NCBI RefSeq assembly: GCF_006345805.1 | Contig: NC_043006.1 | Location: 57,040,001-57,104,000 of the forward strand | From: Octopus sinensis | Taxonomy: Eukaryota | Direction: 5' to 3' | Length of the DNA stretch: 64,000 nt | In this document: positions 1 to 13,607 of the stretch, piece after piece | Layout: the number at the start of each line of letters is the position of its first letter | Numbering within the stretch: position 1 is the stretch's first letter | Position numbers and translations under genes: made by a program | Notes under the pieces: generated by a model | The model's database searches: none | Seen by the model: the letters and a program-made list of their open reading frames with translations, nothing else | Told to the model about the DNA's origin: nothing

Positions 1-3000
1 TCTAAGGTGAGTGTATGTGTGTATATATGTTTATATGAATATGTGTATGTGAAGGTGTGTGTGTGTTGGAAAGACTGAGAAGTCAAGAAGTTTGCTGTAT
101 AACTAATCCACTGCACCACACCTTTAAATAAGTGTGTTCTGCTTCAACCACAAGTCACTTAAAGCCGTTTGAGTGAAATTCAACAGATGGAAACTATGTG
201 GAAACCTGATGAAGAGAGTGTTTCTGTTTTAGGGAGTAGTCTTAATCTATTGTCCAGTCAATGCTACAACCTGGCCCTTGAGAACCTTTAGCAATGTCCA
301 CTATGTTGTAACTATTTAACCCATAATTCCCAGGGTGAGGAGAGCTACTTATCACCAGTCACAGAAACACTGAAAAAATTCATTCATGGCTACTTTCTGC
401 CTTCTCTATGTCAGGTACAAAAATATGTTAAAAATGTATCTAATATATATATATGCATGTCTACTCGAATATATGAGAAACATGTATAGTGTTTCAAAGA
501 TTCACATAATTATATATGTGTGTATCACTCCTAAATATATGGACAAAGGCATACATAAATGCACCCACCAGTGCATACACAAACAAGACACACACTGAAG
601 CTAGTGACATCAGAGACAGGGATAGAATAGAGACATTGACAGAAGAGAAGAGAGTATGTTTGTAGAGAGAAAGAAATGATTCCAGGAAAAATCAAGCAAT
701 ATGAAAGGTCAAAAATGCAAAATGATTTATAACTTTCTTGAGAGAGAGAGAAATTAGATACAAGAGATTGTATCTAAAGCAAAAGTGGTAGAAGTAGGCT
801 GGAGATTCAGCAGAACTATTTATAGAATGAAAAGCCACTGCCTTTACACAATATCAACAACTGTTCACCACTAAGTGCACACACTCATTAACATTTACTG
901 CTTTCATTTAGTGCAGCACACAATTGCAGAGTAGCTGGGAACAGTTTCTGACCTCGTTCCATTTTATGAAAATACATTTTTGCACTATTTCTGTTCTTTC
1001 TTCTACTCGTTTCAGTCATTGAATCATGTAGTCATACTGGAGCCCTGTCTTTGAGAATATAGTTTACTTAATTAAACAAAGTACTTGTAGAATGGTATTT
1101 ATTTTATTGGTTACAGAAGAGGTGATGTAATCGAATCAAAGTCTTTAACTGCCTAAGTATTTCAGATGATCACTATCAACTAACAGAAGAGAATGCAAGA
1201 AGACAATCAAGTCTTGTGTATTTAACAAACACCCATACATGCATGTATATATCAATATATATATTCATTCCACCAAACTTAATCTTAAATTTTCCTAACA
1301 CCAACATGTTTAGGATTATTTTTTTACAAATTTTCATTTTTACATCTTTTGCTTTAAATGGTTTATTCTAGAGGAAGGTGCTACCCCTATGACTTTTTGA
1401 GACTAATAAAATTCAGGTTCTTCTCTAGATGGAAGGACTTGGTGCTGCCATTAGACCAGTACCTGAGGGAGAGGATGGATATAAAATGAGTGGGTTACAA
1501 AAGAATAAACAAGTGAAGAGACTATGTCTGAGGATCAGAGATTGGAATGTGTTGGAGAGTAACACCATGCCTATCAGTCAGACAGTATTTTCAAAGAGAA
1601 TGAAGAAAGATGTAACAGCACTTGTTTTGAGTAAAAGAGATCAAAGATTGTTAAGTATAATATACAGAAACTTTAGCAATGTCACTACAAAGTAATCAAC
1701 AGTGATGTAAGCTCATCATCTATTAACTATAAATTATGCTAGCACCATGCATAATAACCTTATTACATATTCCATAATTTCATCCTGCAATCACGGCACC
1801 GATGTGCTCCATTAGACTTTTGACTATAGTCTGAGATTCACACAGTTCATCCTCCTATGCACTTGCTTCTAGGTGATGCTAAATGTTGCTAGCCTTACAA
1901 AATTCAATGGAACTAATGTCAATTTTGATGAGTATTACAGCTATTCAATTACCTGAACTACCTATTTATTAAGATACAGTGTAAGCAGCTGAGTATTCCA
2001 AAGACAATGGTACCTATAATGTAAAATTTCAAACATAGTCAGTATAAATGTATGTGACAAGGCTGGATTTTTTCGTTTCAGATACCCTTCCCCATCTGAT
2101 GAGCTTCATTATTTTCCACTTACCTAATTTCAATTGCAATACTTGGATCAATCCAAGACTATGGTGGAAAACATTTGCCTAAATCAAACCCCACTGCTAC
2201 ACAGTGGGACTATGATCAGGACCTTTGATTGCAAACTTAATCTTTTGGCAGTGCCTGGCTGTATCTATACACGCAAATAGGTAAAAACAAAGCCCTGAGT
2301 ATACGTAACTGTACAGTGTCCTACCAAAGAATCAACACCTATGAAGTGTTCTGCTCTGGAAGACATAAGTCAGCACATTATGCAGATTAGTCCTAGGTGT
2401 TTATATACCAATAAGTTTTAGTTGCTAGTCTTGTGTTAAGGGCACCAGTAAGGTGTTGAAACATTACAACACACTGTTGATTAGTATTTATAATCTCTTC
2501 AGAATTGTGAGATTTATTGCAGATAAGCAGTAAGACTAATTCAACAACAATGATTCCACTATATCAATGAGCAAGATTGCAAAAAGCACAGCATCAAACA
2601 CGCTTCATAGTGTGAATGAGTTCTGTTGGGAAGATGACCTATATGAGTAACAGAATACCAAGAATACTTCATAATATGAACGGTTGCTAGGGCAACTTCA
2701 ATTCTGTCATTGCACTCTGATCTGCAATCATCCATCCAGTACTGACTGCAGATGGCAAAGTTATACAGAACTAAAAAAAGTTGCTATTGTTTGGACCTAG
2801 ACCTTTCAATAAACCTATGATTAAAGACATGCCAGCCATGACCATCTTATCATTTTCCAGTTATAATGTATGTTGTATAAGTTAAGTTCTATTTACTATC
2901 ACACCAGTCAACCCTCTACTCCTCTTTTCTGAAAATTTGATATGAACAAAAGAAAAAAAAAATGGTTGCAACATGAATGTAGAAATGAAAAGTAACACTT

Positions 3001-3002
3001 AC

Positions 3003-3185
3003 CACAGATACACCATAATAAACATGTGTGCCGGTAACCACCAAACAATATACCCAGAGAAAGACAACTTCCAACCGTCCTGGTTGCAGGAGAAGGGCTA
3101 TTATCACAATAATACTTAATGGTATCAAGAATATGTTTATCAGTTCACACCGTGTGTTACTCATCTGTGCAACAATTAAACGACA
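3003..3185 (-). CDS. SELENOI: EPT1/SELENOI-like penultimate-type exon (183 bp)
   Basis: Acceptor tttgcttttcag, donor gtaagt. Translates CRLIVAQMSNTRCELINIFLIPLSIIVIIALLLQPGRLEVVFLWVYCLVVTGTHVYYGVSV, similar to the recalled vertebrate CQLIVCQMSSTRC...HIHYGVRV. No matching downstream exon was found in 1-3002. Confidence 0.93.
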
Positions 3186-5720
3186 CTGAAAAGCAAAGGT
3201 TAAGTAAAGGTTACATACATACACATATATATGTGGGGGGAAAAACTGATGGGTCATTCTGTTGCTGATTACACATGATGAATGAAATGAAAATTACATT
3301 CTATATTTTGTCTAAATAATAGCATACAGCCAAAAAGTAAATAGTAGAGTGAATCAGCTTTTATCAAATAAATAAACAGTGCATGTATTGAGTACACTTA
3401 TCTCACTTTTAAATCCTGAAAATAGCTGCATAAAGAAGTACCAATCATTAAATGTGGATGGAACTAGTGGAAGAGGAAGACACAGGAAGAGATGACAAAA
3501 AAACAAGATGATTGGCAATTCAGCATGCTTGAAAAAACTTCACCTTTGTCCCTCAGCACAAAGGTGAAATCTTAAATGCACCAAATCAGTCCCTGTTAAG
3601 CGTTCTACCCCTCCAATCTCCCTAAAATCCATCCTGCTTCACTCTTAACTGCAGCACCATTCAACTGTTGTAATCATATGAAAATAGAACTCATATTTCA
3701 TCCCTTTCCTTGGAACCACTTTCTTTTAACATTATCCTTAATTCTCAATAACATCCATTCCAACTTTACTTTCCAATGCACCTTTCTATGCCACCAGTTA
3801 TCTCTCTCTCTTTCCCTGAGCTACATCTTATGGTCGCCATATCTCATTCTTAATACCTTCTAATATCTGGCACTTACACTGCTCTTAACTGTCTGCCACT
3901 CACAATACCCTCCTCTAACCTCCATTTGTCACCTACATATCTTTCTCTCTCACCAGACACACCATCCCTCTATTTCTCTTCTATCTACATTTTATTCATC
4001 CCCACTTATCACCTCCTCCTTCCTGAGTCATTCCTATTCTTTCCCCTTACCCCACCAAACTGATATTTACCACTGTCCACATCCCCACTTCTGTTCACCA
4101 CTATCCTCACCTCTACCCACCTTCCATTAGTCATCTTTCACTCTTCTCACATTCTTATAAACTTACTCACCTGCCCTTCCCAATCCTGTCTGTATTCTTG
4201 TTTATACTCACCTTCTTGTATCTTCAGAGTAAGCCCTTACACCTTGTCACCAACATTTTTATTTGTCTTTCCAATTACTCTGATCCACTATTATATAAAA
4301 ATGAGGTAGCCAACAAGACTCTTTTTTCCTGTCCCTCTACCACATCTTAGCTTCTCAATACCCAGCATAAAACCACCTTCCTCTCAACTATGCTCCAAAG
4401 TTAGCTGAGGGGACATTTTCTTTGTCTTCTGAGTTACTTAAGTGGTAACGTCATGGAAAAAGCATCTAATACACTGTAAAGTGGTTAGCATCATGAAGGG
4501 CATTCAGCTGTGGAAACCATGCCAAAGCAGAGTTTAGAACTCAACATAAACCAGTGATTTGTCAGATCCTGTTAAACTGTTCAAACCATGCTAGCAAGGA
4601 AAATGGATGCTAAATGATGATATTAAAGTACACATACATGCATGTGATTTGCAGGGGCGTATATTCTAGGTGTATGCTGCATACCCATTGAAAATGGCAA
4701 ATTCATTATAGATATTAACCTTACACATTGATTTAATCACAAATCTTAAGAGAAAGCCTTTATTATAAAACCCTGCTTGAAATTTGGTGCCAGTGGGTGT
4801 GACAGCACACCTAATACAACAGCCATACACCATTGGTGATTTGGCAAGCATCATGAACGGCCATATTAATAAACTCAATGGGTCACTGTTACTGCTCTGT
4901 TCCTATAGCCAAAACAAATTAGGCTGGATCAGTACACCAATACATAGTTTCATGGTGTAAAGAGTAGAAATGATATATAACAAGTTTCTTTAGCTTACAG
5001 TGATAAAGTACTTGTAAGGTAACAAGAAATGGTTTCACCCGAGATCATCCAGCTAGCCCAGTTCCAGTTGAATTTCTGTAGCATATGGTAAGTAATATTC
5101 CATCCACTCAAATGGCCCAGCTGGAATGTGACACAACATTAAATCTTTTACACTCTTATTTACTCTTCTTCCTGAATATTTTTTATTCACCATATTTATG
5201 GTGAAGAATTGTTAGTTATATTTCTGCTATTATTTATATTCAGCAGCTTGCTAGTCTTCTGCAGCACAGTTGAAGAGATACAACCAATAAGGGAGCTTCT
5301 TTGTGAGCACTTCAATGGACCGAAATAGGAAGCATATTCTAGTACACATTACCATCTTAAAAAAAGGGAAGACATATTGGAATATGCTTTGGATATATTT
5401 GTCTGAAAATAAAATGAAACAGTAATAGCTGAAACATTTTGGAATATTTTACTCCAGATCATATTTGGTCTGAAGTTAGCAACAAATTCTGAAAGAGATG
5501 GTGTCCAGGCAAAGTTGATTGCAACATCAGACCTGTAGAACACACCCTAATAGAGTATTTATCTTGATGACATACAAACTGTAAACATGATGAGAGAAAT
5601 TTTTCAGTTGCATAATTAGGTTAATTAATAAAAATCTCACAGTGATAATTTTAAAATTAATGCTAATAGCCAAAATAAACAAAATGAGAGAGTAATTTTC
5701 TCACCAGCAGAAATACTTAC

Positions 5721-5901
5721 AGCTATATTAGAAAAGGCTGTACCAGTGGTCCACATAAACAGCCTTGGATGTTTCTCCATAATTTCATATTTAGAGAAAA
5801 TAGCCCAGAGAAGAAGCAATGTAAAAAGAAACACTGTAGAAACTAGTGGCCGCGTAGCTTCTGTAAAAGACCGCATTTTCCCAGTTTTATTTTTGTATGA
5901 C
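5721..5901 (-). CDS. SELENOI: EPT1/SELENOI-like exon (181 bp)
   Basis: Acceptor gttttctttag, donor gtaagt. Translates (R)SYKNKTGKMRSFTEATRPLVSTVFLFTLLLLWAIFSKYEIMEKHPRLFMWTTGTAFSNIA, including the HPR..GTAF motif of EPT1. Lies within track ORF 5637..5951. Confidence 0.95.
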
Positions 5902-6100
5902 CTAAAGAAAACAACCAGACAATACATCAGCTGTATCACAATAGGCAACAATAACAGTGACGTATCCTATAATACAAACTATAAATAAGACACCATGTTC
6001 TGTAGATACAAAAACAAAATTTATTCATCATAATCCTAGATGAGACTTTCTGAAGCAGTTTTCAACATCTTACCAAATGCCCATCTTGTGACTAACTCTT

Positions 6101-6172
6101 ATGATTTTCACAGGCCAAAAATGATTTTCACAGGCCAAAAATGATTTTCACATGCCAAAAATGATTTTCACA
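6101..6172. repeat. 20-bp tandem repeat, about 3.6 copies
   Basis: The unit atgattttcaca(g/t)gccaaaa starts at 6101, 6121 and 6141, with a partial copy at 6161. Confidence 0.9.
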
Positions 6173-6935
6173 TCCCCAATAAACTGGAACTACTGAGTTA
6201 TAGGACATATTGACAGGAAGCATGAATAAGTATCACTGTTTTCTGCTCAAATAATCAAGTGAAAATAAGTAGAAACATTCACACACACACACACACACAT
6301 ACATGATGAGCTTCTGCCCAGTTTCTGTCAGCCAAACTTCACATTCAAGGTATTGATTAGTTAAAGGCTCTAGTAGAAGACGCTTGCCCAAGGTGCCATA
6401 CAGCAGTTTTAAACTGCAAACTATGTGGTTGCAAAGCTAACTTTGTAAGCCACTGGCACAAGCCTGCATCTGTTGTGAAAGATAACAAAAATAAAATCAC
6501 AATTTCCTGATTGGTACAAAATGCTTTAAAATTTTTCAACCTTATTTGCAAAGTATAATCAACACTCTCAAGACACTGGCTCACATTACAATTCACACCA
6601 AAAACCTGATTTTCTCTAAAAATCTTTAAATCCTTTTTGTCCATGTTTTCTGCCAAGTCACTGATACCCAAGAAATCAAAATTTTGCATTTCCCCCTGTT
6701 ATTGCTATTCTCAAACAAGAGAAATGTTTCAAAAGACTATTATAGGCATTAATTTTTCTTCCGAGTTGACAAATAGGGGAAAAAAAAATCATTACGGTGT
6801 TGTAAAGGTCACTAATGGGCAAATAACATCACATATGTTATGAGTCAACAGATTTTGTTAAGCTTAAATAAATCACTTAGTATCTTCAAGTATTGGAGAT
6901 AAAGATATGCCAACTCAATCTAACATAAGTGTTAT

Positions 6936-7264
6936 TAAAGTGATAGTATGTTGTCAACTTAATGTGACAGTCCCATAAAATATATTATTTCTATTTTCAA
7001 AAATTTCACTTGAAATATGTTTTCAAAGACAAATAAGCATTGACAGCTAGCAGGCCATGCTATCCCAGACTGATGATGAGCAATGACTCTGAAACTAGTT
7101 GCTGGCTTCGCTGGGTGGAGGTACTTATCACCACTTTGAAAACATAAGGACACAGGAAAGGTGTCAAGTCCAACAGGAAACCGTGTTTCCTAGGGCTAAA
7201 TAACAGTAGCATTCTTCCCTTTTATGGGACTGTCACATTAAGTTGACAACATAATATCACTTTA
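6936..7264. mobile_element. MITE-like element with 44-bp terminal inverted repeats
   Basis: 6936-6979 (taaagtgatagtatgttgtcaacttaatgtgacagtcccataaa) is the reverse complement of 7221-7264 with one mismatch. It begins and ends in TA and has no coding capacity. Confidence 0.75.
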
Positions 7265-7600
7265 TCATGCTGCTACTGCATAAATCTCTCTGAGACATTT
7301 AGAAATATATTATTTCTACAAGTGTTATTGTTATGCATATTAACTGCCCGTTAATAACCATTTTATTCTGGCTCAGAATGTTATTAAAAAAGACACCTAA
7401 GCTGGAACAGAAACAGTCCTTTTGACAGTGGCCCACACAGAACCTTGTCTCAGCATATTACTGGTATTCAATTTATTGCTCCATAAAGATAAAAGTAACC
7501 CTGGTGGAATGTGAATTTAGAAACATGAGGTAGCAAGAATCTCAAGTAATTAATCTAGGTTTTTGCCTGTGCACCAGGATGTAAAGACCCAAGCTAAATA

Positions 7601-8514
7601 TTGGGTCATCCCATAAATAATGTGGTTTTTTTCAACTGCATGAACTAAAAGTCAGAGGAGGATGGGATAAACTACCTGCATCAACTTGCTATAAAAGCAG
7701 GTAGTAATTTTACCTTATACTTATTCTTAGTGCATATTTTGACGAGTGCAGTTCGATTTTAACAGTTATTTTTTTCAAAGCAATAATAGAAGTGACAAAG
7801 GAGCATATTTGGCATATTTTGTTTTAGGAGTTCAATAAAGGCAACAACACAATGGAAAATGCAAGGAATATTAATGTAGTATATGTGGATCAAACAATAA
7901 GCATAAACCAGTGTCAACGGTGGTTCAAGAAATTTCAAACCAGAAACTACAGCCTAGAAGACGAGCCTTGTCTAGGAAGATCTGTAGAGCTCAATGAATG
8001 ACATCCTGCAAACATTGGTGAAACAGAATCCCATTCTAACTGTTGAGGAACTAGCAGAGAAGCTTGGATTTGGTCATTCAACCAGTCATTCAAGAAGAAA
8101 AACGACCATCTTTGGTTTCAAGATGAAAGGTGTTCTTCCATCAGGATAATGCTCAGCCGCATACAGCGAGGATGACAATCCAAAGGATGGAGCAATTTGG
8201 ATAGGAAACAATAGCCCACCCACCATATTCGCCAGACATTGCCCCATCTGATCATTTATTCTAAAGTCTTGAAAATCATTTGGATGGAAAAAATATGAAT
8301 TCTGTAGACAAGGTCAGAACAGTACTGGAGGAGTAATTTTCATCACGGACAAGCGAATTTTGAAAGAGGGGCTTTGCAAATCTACCAGATAGGTGGAAGA
8401 GCATTGTAGAAAATGAAAGAGAGAATATTTTAGATTAAAAATTAACTTTGTTTATCTTAATTTTGAAAAATAAAAAGTGTAAAAAAAAACTGCATTATTT
8501 ATGGGATGACCCAA
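7601..8514 (+). mobile_element. Internally deleted, decayed mariner transposon
   Basis: TIRs ttgggtcatcccataaataatg / cattatttatgggatgacccaa with TA on both flanks. Transposase remnants include HPPYSPDIAPSD near 8218-8250. Confidence 0.9.
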
Positions 8515-10698
8515 TACATTGTATATGATGCAATGTTAATAAATGCAAGCAAGCAAACCAAGAAAAGAAATAGATGGGATATCAATGAAACATTACGCTC
8601 ACTAAGTTTCCTTTTCGGAAGAAACTTTAGACTGTGAATAACTAATTAAACAACCAGCCATTTATATAAATTAATGAAATATATATCAATGCATTTAATG
8701 AAAAACAGACAAACAAGTAACAGATTTAATTCTATTCAATAAATTAATCAAGTTTCAAAGTGATTTCAGGAATTACCTCAAGCTTTAAAACTTAACCTAT
8801 TTATAATACCGGTGGGAAAGTGTGAACTAGTCAAGGGCATGACTGACACAACAAATGGCAGCATCATTTAAATTCCTAACTGTCAACTGAGACCAGTATC
8901 ACTTTACTGCTTAGGGCTTCTTATTTTCCTTGAAGTGTAATTATAGACTCAATTATAAAGTAATTTAATTAAAAAAAATAAATAAACAGAAAACCATTTG
9001 ATGAATGTTATTGTTACTTTCTGTAAATGTATATAAATGGTTGTCTACTAAACAGTAGCAGAGAATGTTAAAAAAATAAAAATAACCAAGAAAAATCTTA
9101 TATTCCTCCTCTTTGAGCAGCCATTGTCAAGCCACCTTCATTCAAATATTTATATCAATGCCATGGCTGGTATTTATTTTGTTGACAACAATATCACAGT
9201 AGGCAAAATCGTGTCAGAAGTTCTACTGAGCATGCTTTGCTTTTATAATAGTCCCTGTGGTATGAGTGGAATATTATCAACTGCTGAAAAATGAAATGTA
9301 ATTCAGTTTAGGTACACATGCACCAACATTGTTACTGGTAATTATGTGTACCCACTCACTTACCCTTAGAAGAAAATATAAATAAATATTTTGCAAATTG
9401 CATGAAGGGTAGCCAGCTAGTTGAGTTTGATAGGATATCAAATTACTGGCTAAAAGGGTTAATGTTTATAGCTTATTCCACTGCTCCAGAATCACTGGCT
9501 AAGATTCTTAACTCTCACCAACCTGCTATAGATATATTCAGTTTACATGATAAAGAAGCCTCTAGGTAGTTGCTAGAAATAGCAGTCAAATCTTTAAATC
9601 TTAACAAAAAAAAGTCAAAAACCAAAGGACATATTGTATAAAATAAACAAAGGACATACTGCATAAAGTAGTCCTAGATATATTGGATCTGAAAGATAGA
9701 ATTGGCCTTTGAGCATAAGTCTGTTCACTGATAGTGCAACTTGTTTTTACATTAGCTTGCAGTATTAGCTCAAAATCCACTATAAGTAGAAGTTGGAGAG
9801 ACATTCTAGTACTATTGATATAGTTATTTACTCACCCAAGTACAATGAGAAAACAAACAAACAAACAATACATTATCAAATATACAACATTAAACAAATA
9901 AACAGTGTTTGGATGACATAGATATAAAGGCATAATAGCTCTTAACTTATGAGTCATGATAGAGTTCTGAAAGGTTCACAACAAAATCTTTTACTTTTGA
10001 AATCATCATCATCATTTTAACATCCACTTTTTCAAGTTCACATGGGTTGGATGGAATTCATTGTGAAAGATTTTCTATGACCAGATGCTGTTCCTGTTGC
10101 CAGCCTGCACCTGTTTCCAAGTAACATATTTCCCCCATCCCTGGCCAGACAGGCTTTCATAGAATATAAGAAATGAAGGACACCACTTGTATGATAATGA
10201 TGATCACTTACAGCTATCATGCAGTGTCACGGCAAGGAGATACTAACACACACACACACACACACACAACAGGTTTCTTTAGTTTCTGTCTACCAAATCC
10301 ACTTACAAGTCTTTGGTTAACTCAGGCCTATAGAGCACACACTAGGACTGAACCAGAAACCACGTGAAAGGGAAACAAACTTCTCAACTATACAGCTATG
10401 CTTGTGCTTATATTTAAGATGTAAAATGTTCATGGATATGTTATACAAAAAGCCATAGGCTTCAAGGCCACAAGTTTTATTACAATCAGAAATATTATTT
10501 TGCTGCAAGCAATGGTGCTAATCAATCTCTCTGACTGAATCAAATGAACTGTGATTCTAATAATGGCTTTTTTCTCAACAAGTCCACATATAAGTAATCA
10601 TCTTGTTACTTTATTTGCATAAAAGAAAATAATCAATCGCACATCATTTGTTTTTGCGCTGTTATTTTTTGCTTGTGCAACATTGTACCATATGCGCA

Positions 10699-11088
10699 GG
10701 CGCAGGAGTGGCTGTGTGGTAGGTAGCTTGCTTACCAACCACACGGTTCCGGGTTCAGTCCCACTGTGTGGCACCTTGGGAAAGTGTCTTCTACTATAGC
10801 CTCGGGCCGACCAAAGCCTTGTGAGTGGAATTGGTAGACGGAAACTGAAAGAAGCCTGTCGTATATATATATAATATATATATATGTATATCTGTGTGCA
10901 TGTGTTTGTGTGTCTGTGTTTGTCCCCAACATCGCTTGACAACCGATGCTGGTATGTTTATGTCCCCGTTACTTGGTGGTTTGGCAAAAGAGATATGAAT
11001 AAGTCCTGGGGTCGATTTGCTCGACTAAAAGGCGGTGCTCCAGCATGGCCACAGTCAAATGATTGAAACAAGTAAAAGAATAAAAGAG
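10699..11088 (+). mobile_element. tRNA-derived SINE (family A), full length
   Basis: A box TGGCTGTGTGG, B-box-like GGTTCAGTCCC, central gtgagtggaattggtagacggaaactga (resembles the Meta-SINE domain, from recall), an internal TA tract, and a 3' tail gtgctccagcatggccacagtcaaatgattgaaacaagtaaaaga. Confidence 0.85.
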
Positions 11089-11229
11089 AGAGAGTATGCA
11101 TAGTGGTAAGTTTTTTGAAGTACAGTAATTTTTCAAAAAATTCAGTACACTTGTCATGCTATCATGTCAGGTAAGTTTAAAGCAAAATCTTTAGATTAAA
11201 GAGTACAAAAAGTAGAAGGAAGAGAATAG

Positions 11230-11367
<138 letters not shown>

Positions 11368-11598
11368 TAAATACACTGTAAAATTCCTTGTATGAAAAAT
11401 TACAGTTACTGAACAACCAGTACACAGCACAGACTGTCAGTAATAAATCCATCTGCAAGGAGTTAAGAAATGCACTATCAACTCTAAAAAGCTCTAACAA
11501 ACCACTAACAAACTAAAAGTTCCATCCACACATCCATCTTCTCCACACACTATTTCGTGGAGGTTCATGGGAGCAGTGTCCTCAGACACCTCCTCCTA

Positions 11599-11795
11599 TC
11601 TTTAGCATTTAAAACCAGCCATATCAGGCCCAAATATTCTAGCTGTTTTACGCACAAACTAATCAAATCTGTCTTTTACACCTACTCTGCACAATGTCAT
11701 TCTAAGAATAGGCAATCTCGCATTATCAAAATTTTGAAGCTACAAGAGAACTGTGAATCAATAAACATTTGACAGAGTAATCTGAATGCAAAAGG
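11599..11795. mobile_element. Short MITE with piggyBac-like ends (ctttagcatt ... aatgcaaaagg)
   Basis: Ends and interior match the host element at 15571-16332. No TTAA target site is preserved. Confidence 0.55.
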
Positions 11796-12129
11796 ATTAG
11801 ACTTCCTGGTTAGATTCCCAAACATGACCAAATGATATATTCCAACAATCCCATTTCACATCCAATATAAGAATAATTCCATTCAAAATGGAATAACTCC
11901 ATCCAAAACAAGATTAATTCCAATTCAAAATGAGAATAAAAAATACAATATTTTTACTTTAATTACTTATATATCACTAACAATAAACAAATTTTTGCAT
12001 TACATCATTCCATTCATAGCCAATTTATTCAGCAAGTTTATTTATTATTCATTTCCAAAAAGCATATTATATAGTATAAAATTATTCCATTTTGAATAGA
12101 TTTATTCTCATATTGAATGTGAAATGATA

Positions 12130-12235
12130 CAGTTCTTGGTCTATCCCTGGGTCTCCTGCCAGTTGGTTTGGCTTTAAGAATCTGTTTTGTGATTCCTTCC
12201 TGTGACATTGTAATCACATGTCCATAGTACAAGAA
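12130..12235 (-). mobile_element. RTE-type LINE C-terminal fragment
   Basis: Translates YGHVITMSQEGITKQILKAKPTGRRPRDRPRT, resembling the GHV.RM...G.R.RGRP C-terminus of RTE ORFs. Confidence 0.55.
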
Positions 12236-12914
12236 TCATGACCTCTCAATGCAGAGTAATAGAGGCATGACCTGGAGAGACTGCTTGATTTCCAAACTAT
12301 GCACTGTTGAGTAACATTACTCCAGAAATTTTTCAGAGAAATCCTGTTTTGGCCACTTGCATTCGTAATCATACTTTTGCAGTCATTACCCAACATACAT
12401 GCAAAATACAAGTGAATGTAATACTTCTAAACCAACAATTGACATGCAATATTATGGAAAATATGGAGAAAATATTAAATGTGATATGTCATCAAAGTCA
12501 TTTAAATAGTTGAAACAAAAAGCAGCTGAGGAAATCACACAAACATTTGAATTTTGTACAATGAAGCAGTTACACAGCCCTAATACTTAAAAGAAAGACT
12601 CCTTATCCACAAGTTAATTGTTAGACTTGCCCTGATTTGATCAAGCTGTAGTTTCTCAGGGGTTTTTTTTTTTTTTTAACTCAAAGTGTATCTTGGACTG
12701 TATCATCCAAAGTATCTGTTTCCTTTTCTAAAACAATAACTTTCAGAGATTCTTTTCTATTTCTTCTAGATCAAGAATTGCAAAGAGACTTGCTATTATG
12801 GGTCGTGGCTGTTGTTGAACCCCAGAGCAACACTAACTGAACAGAGCTGTGATTAAAGATTTTTTAGTCATGACTAAACTGTCTTTATTCAGCCAGTATA
12901 TTTAGAACAACATT

Positions 12915-13112
12915 ACTCTTTTACTTGTTTCAGTCATTTGAGTGTGACCTTCAGTCGAGAAATCGACCCTAGGACTTACTCTTTGTAAGCCTAGTACTTA
13001 TTCTATTGGTCTCATTTGCTGAACCGCTAAGTTACGGGGACATAAACACACCAGCATTGGTTGTGAAGCGATGTTGGGAGGTGGGACAAACACAGACACA
13101 CAAACATATACG

Positions 13113-13162
<50 letters not shown>

Positions 13163-13337
13163 TACACATATATACAATGGGCTTCTTTCAGTTTCTGTCT
13201 ACCAAATCCACTCACAAGGCATTGGTCGGCCCGAGACTGTAGTAGAAGACACTTGCCCAAGGTGCCACGCAGTGGGACTGAACTCGGAACCATGTGGTTC
13301 ATAAGCAAGCTACTTACCACACAGCCACTCCTACGCC
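12915..13337 (-). mobile_element. tRNA-derived SINE (family A), full length
   Basis: Reverse-complement copy of 10699-11088, with the same head, core, internal microsatellite and tail. Confidence 0.85.
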
Positions 13338-13607
13338 TGCATTATGCAGCTTTTTTATTTCTTTATTTTACTTTTTTGAAGAAGAATATAAAGTATCACT
13401 TGAGAGAAATTTCTCTCTTTTCTAACAATCCAAAGGTCAAGCAATCATGTAGAGGTTCTTTATATTGGTTGGTTGTAATGCACCTGTCTCTTTAGAGCTT
13501 GTTGAAGGTCAGTTCAAATTAGGAGAACACATAAAGTGAGCTGCATGAATGATACACAGATAGCTTAATACAGACACAACTTCAGAATTTTGTTTGTCCT
13601 TTGTTAA

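Noticed and set aside
1429-1695. 88-aa ORF as an antisense gene or LINE endonuclease start
   Set aside because: Only a weak LRIRDWNV resemblance, with no further motifs or splice support.
1990-2030. Alternative terminal exon after the acceptor ttttacattatag (VPLSLEYSAAYTVS-stop)
   Set aside because: It has no similarity to the EPT1 C-terminus and I have no transcript evidence.
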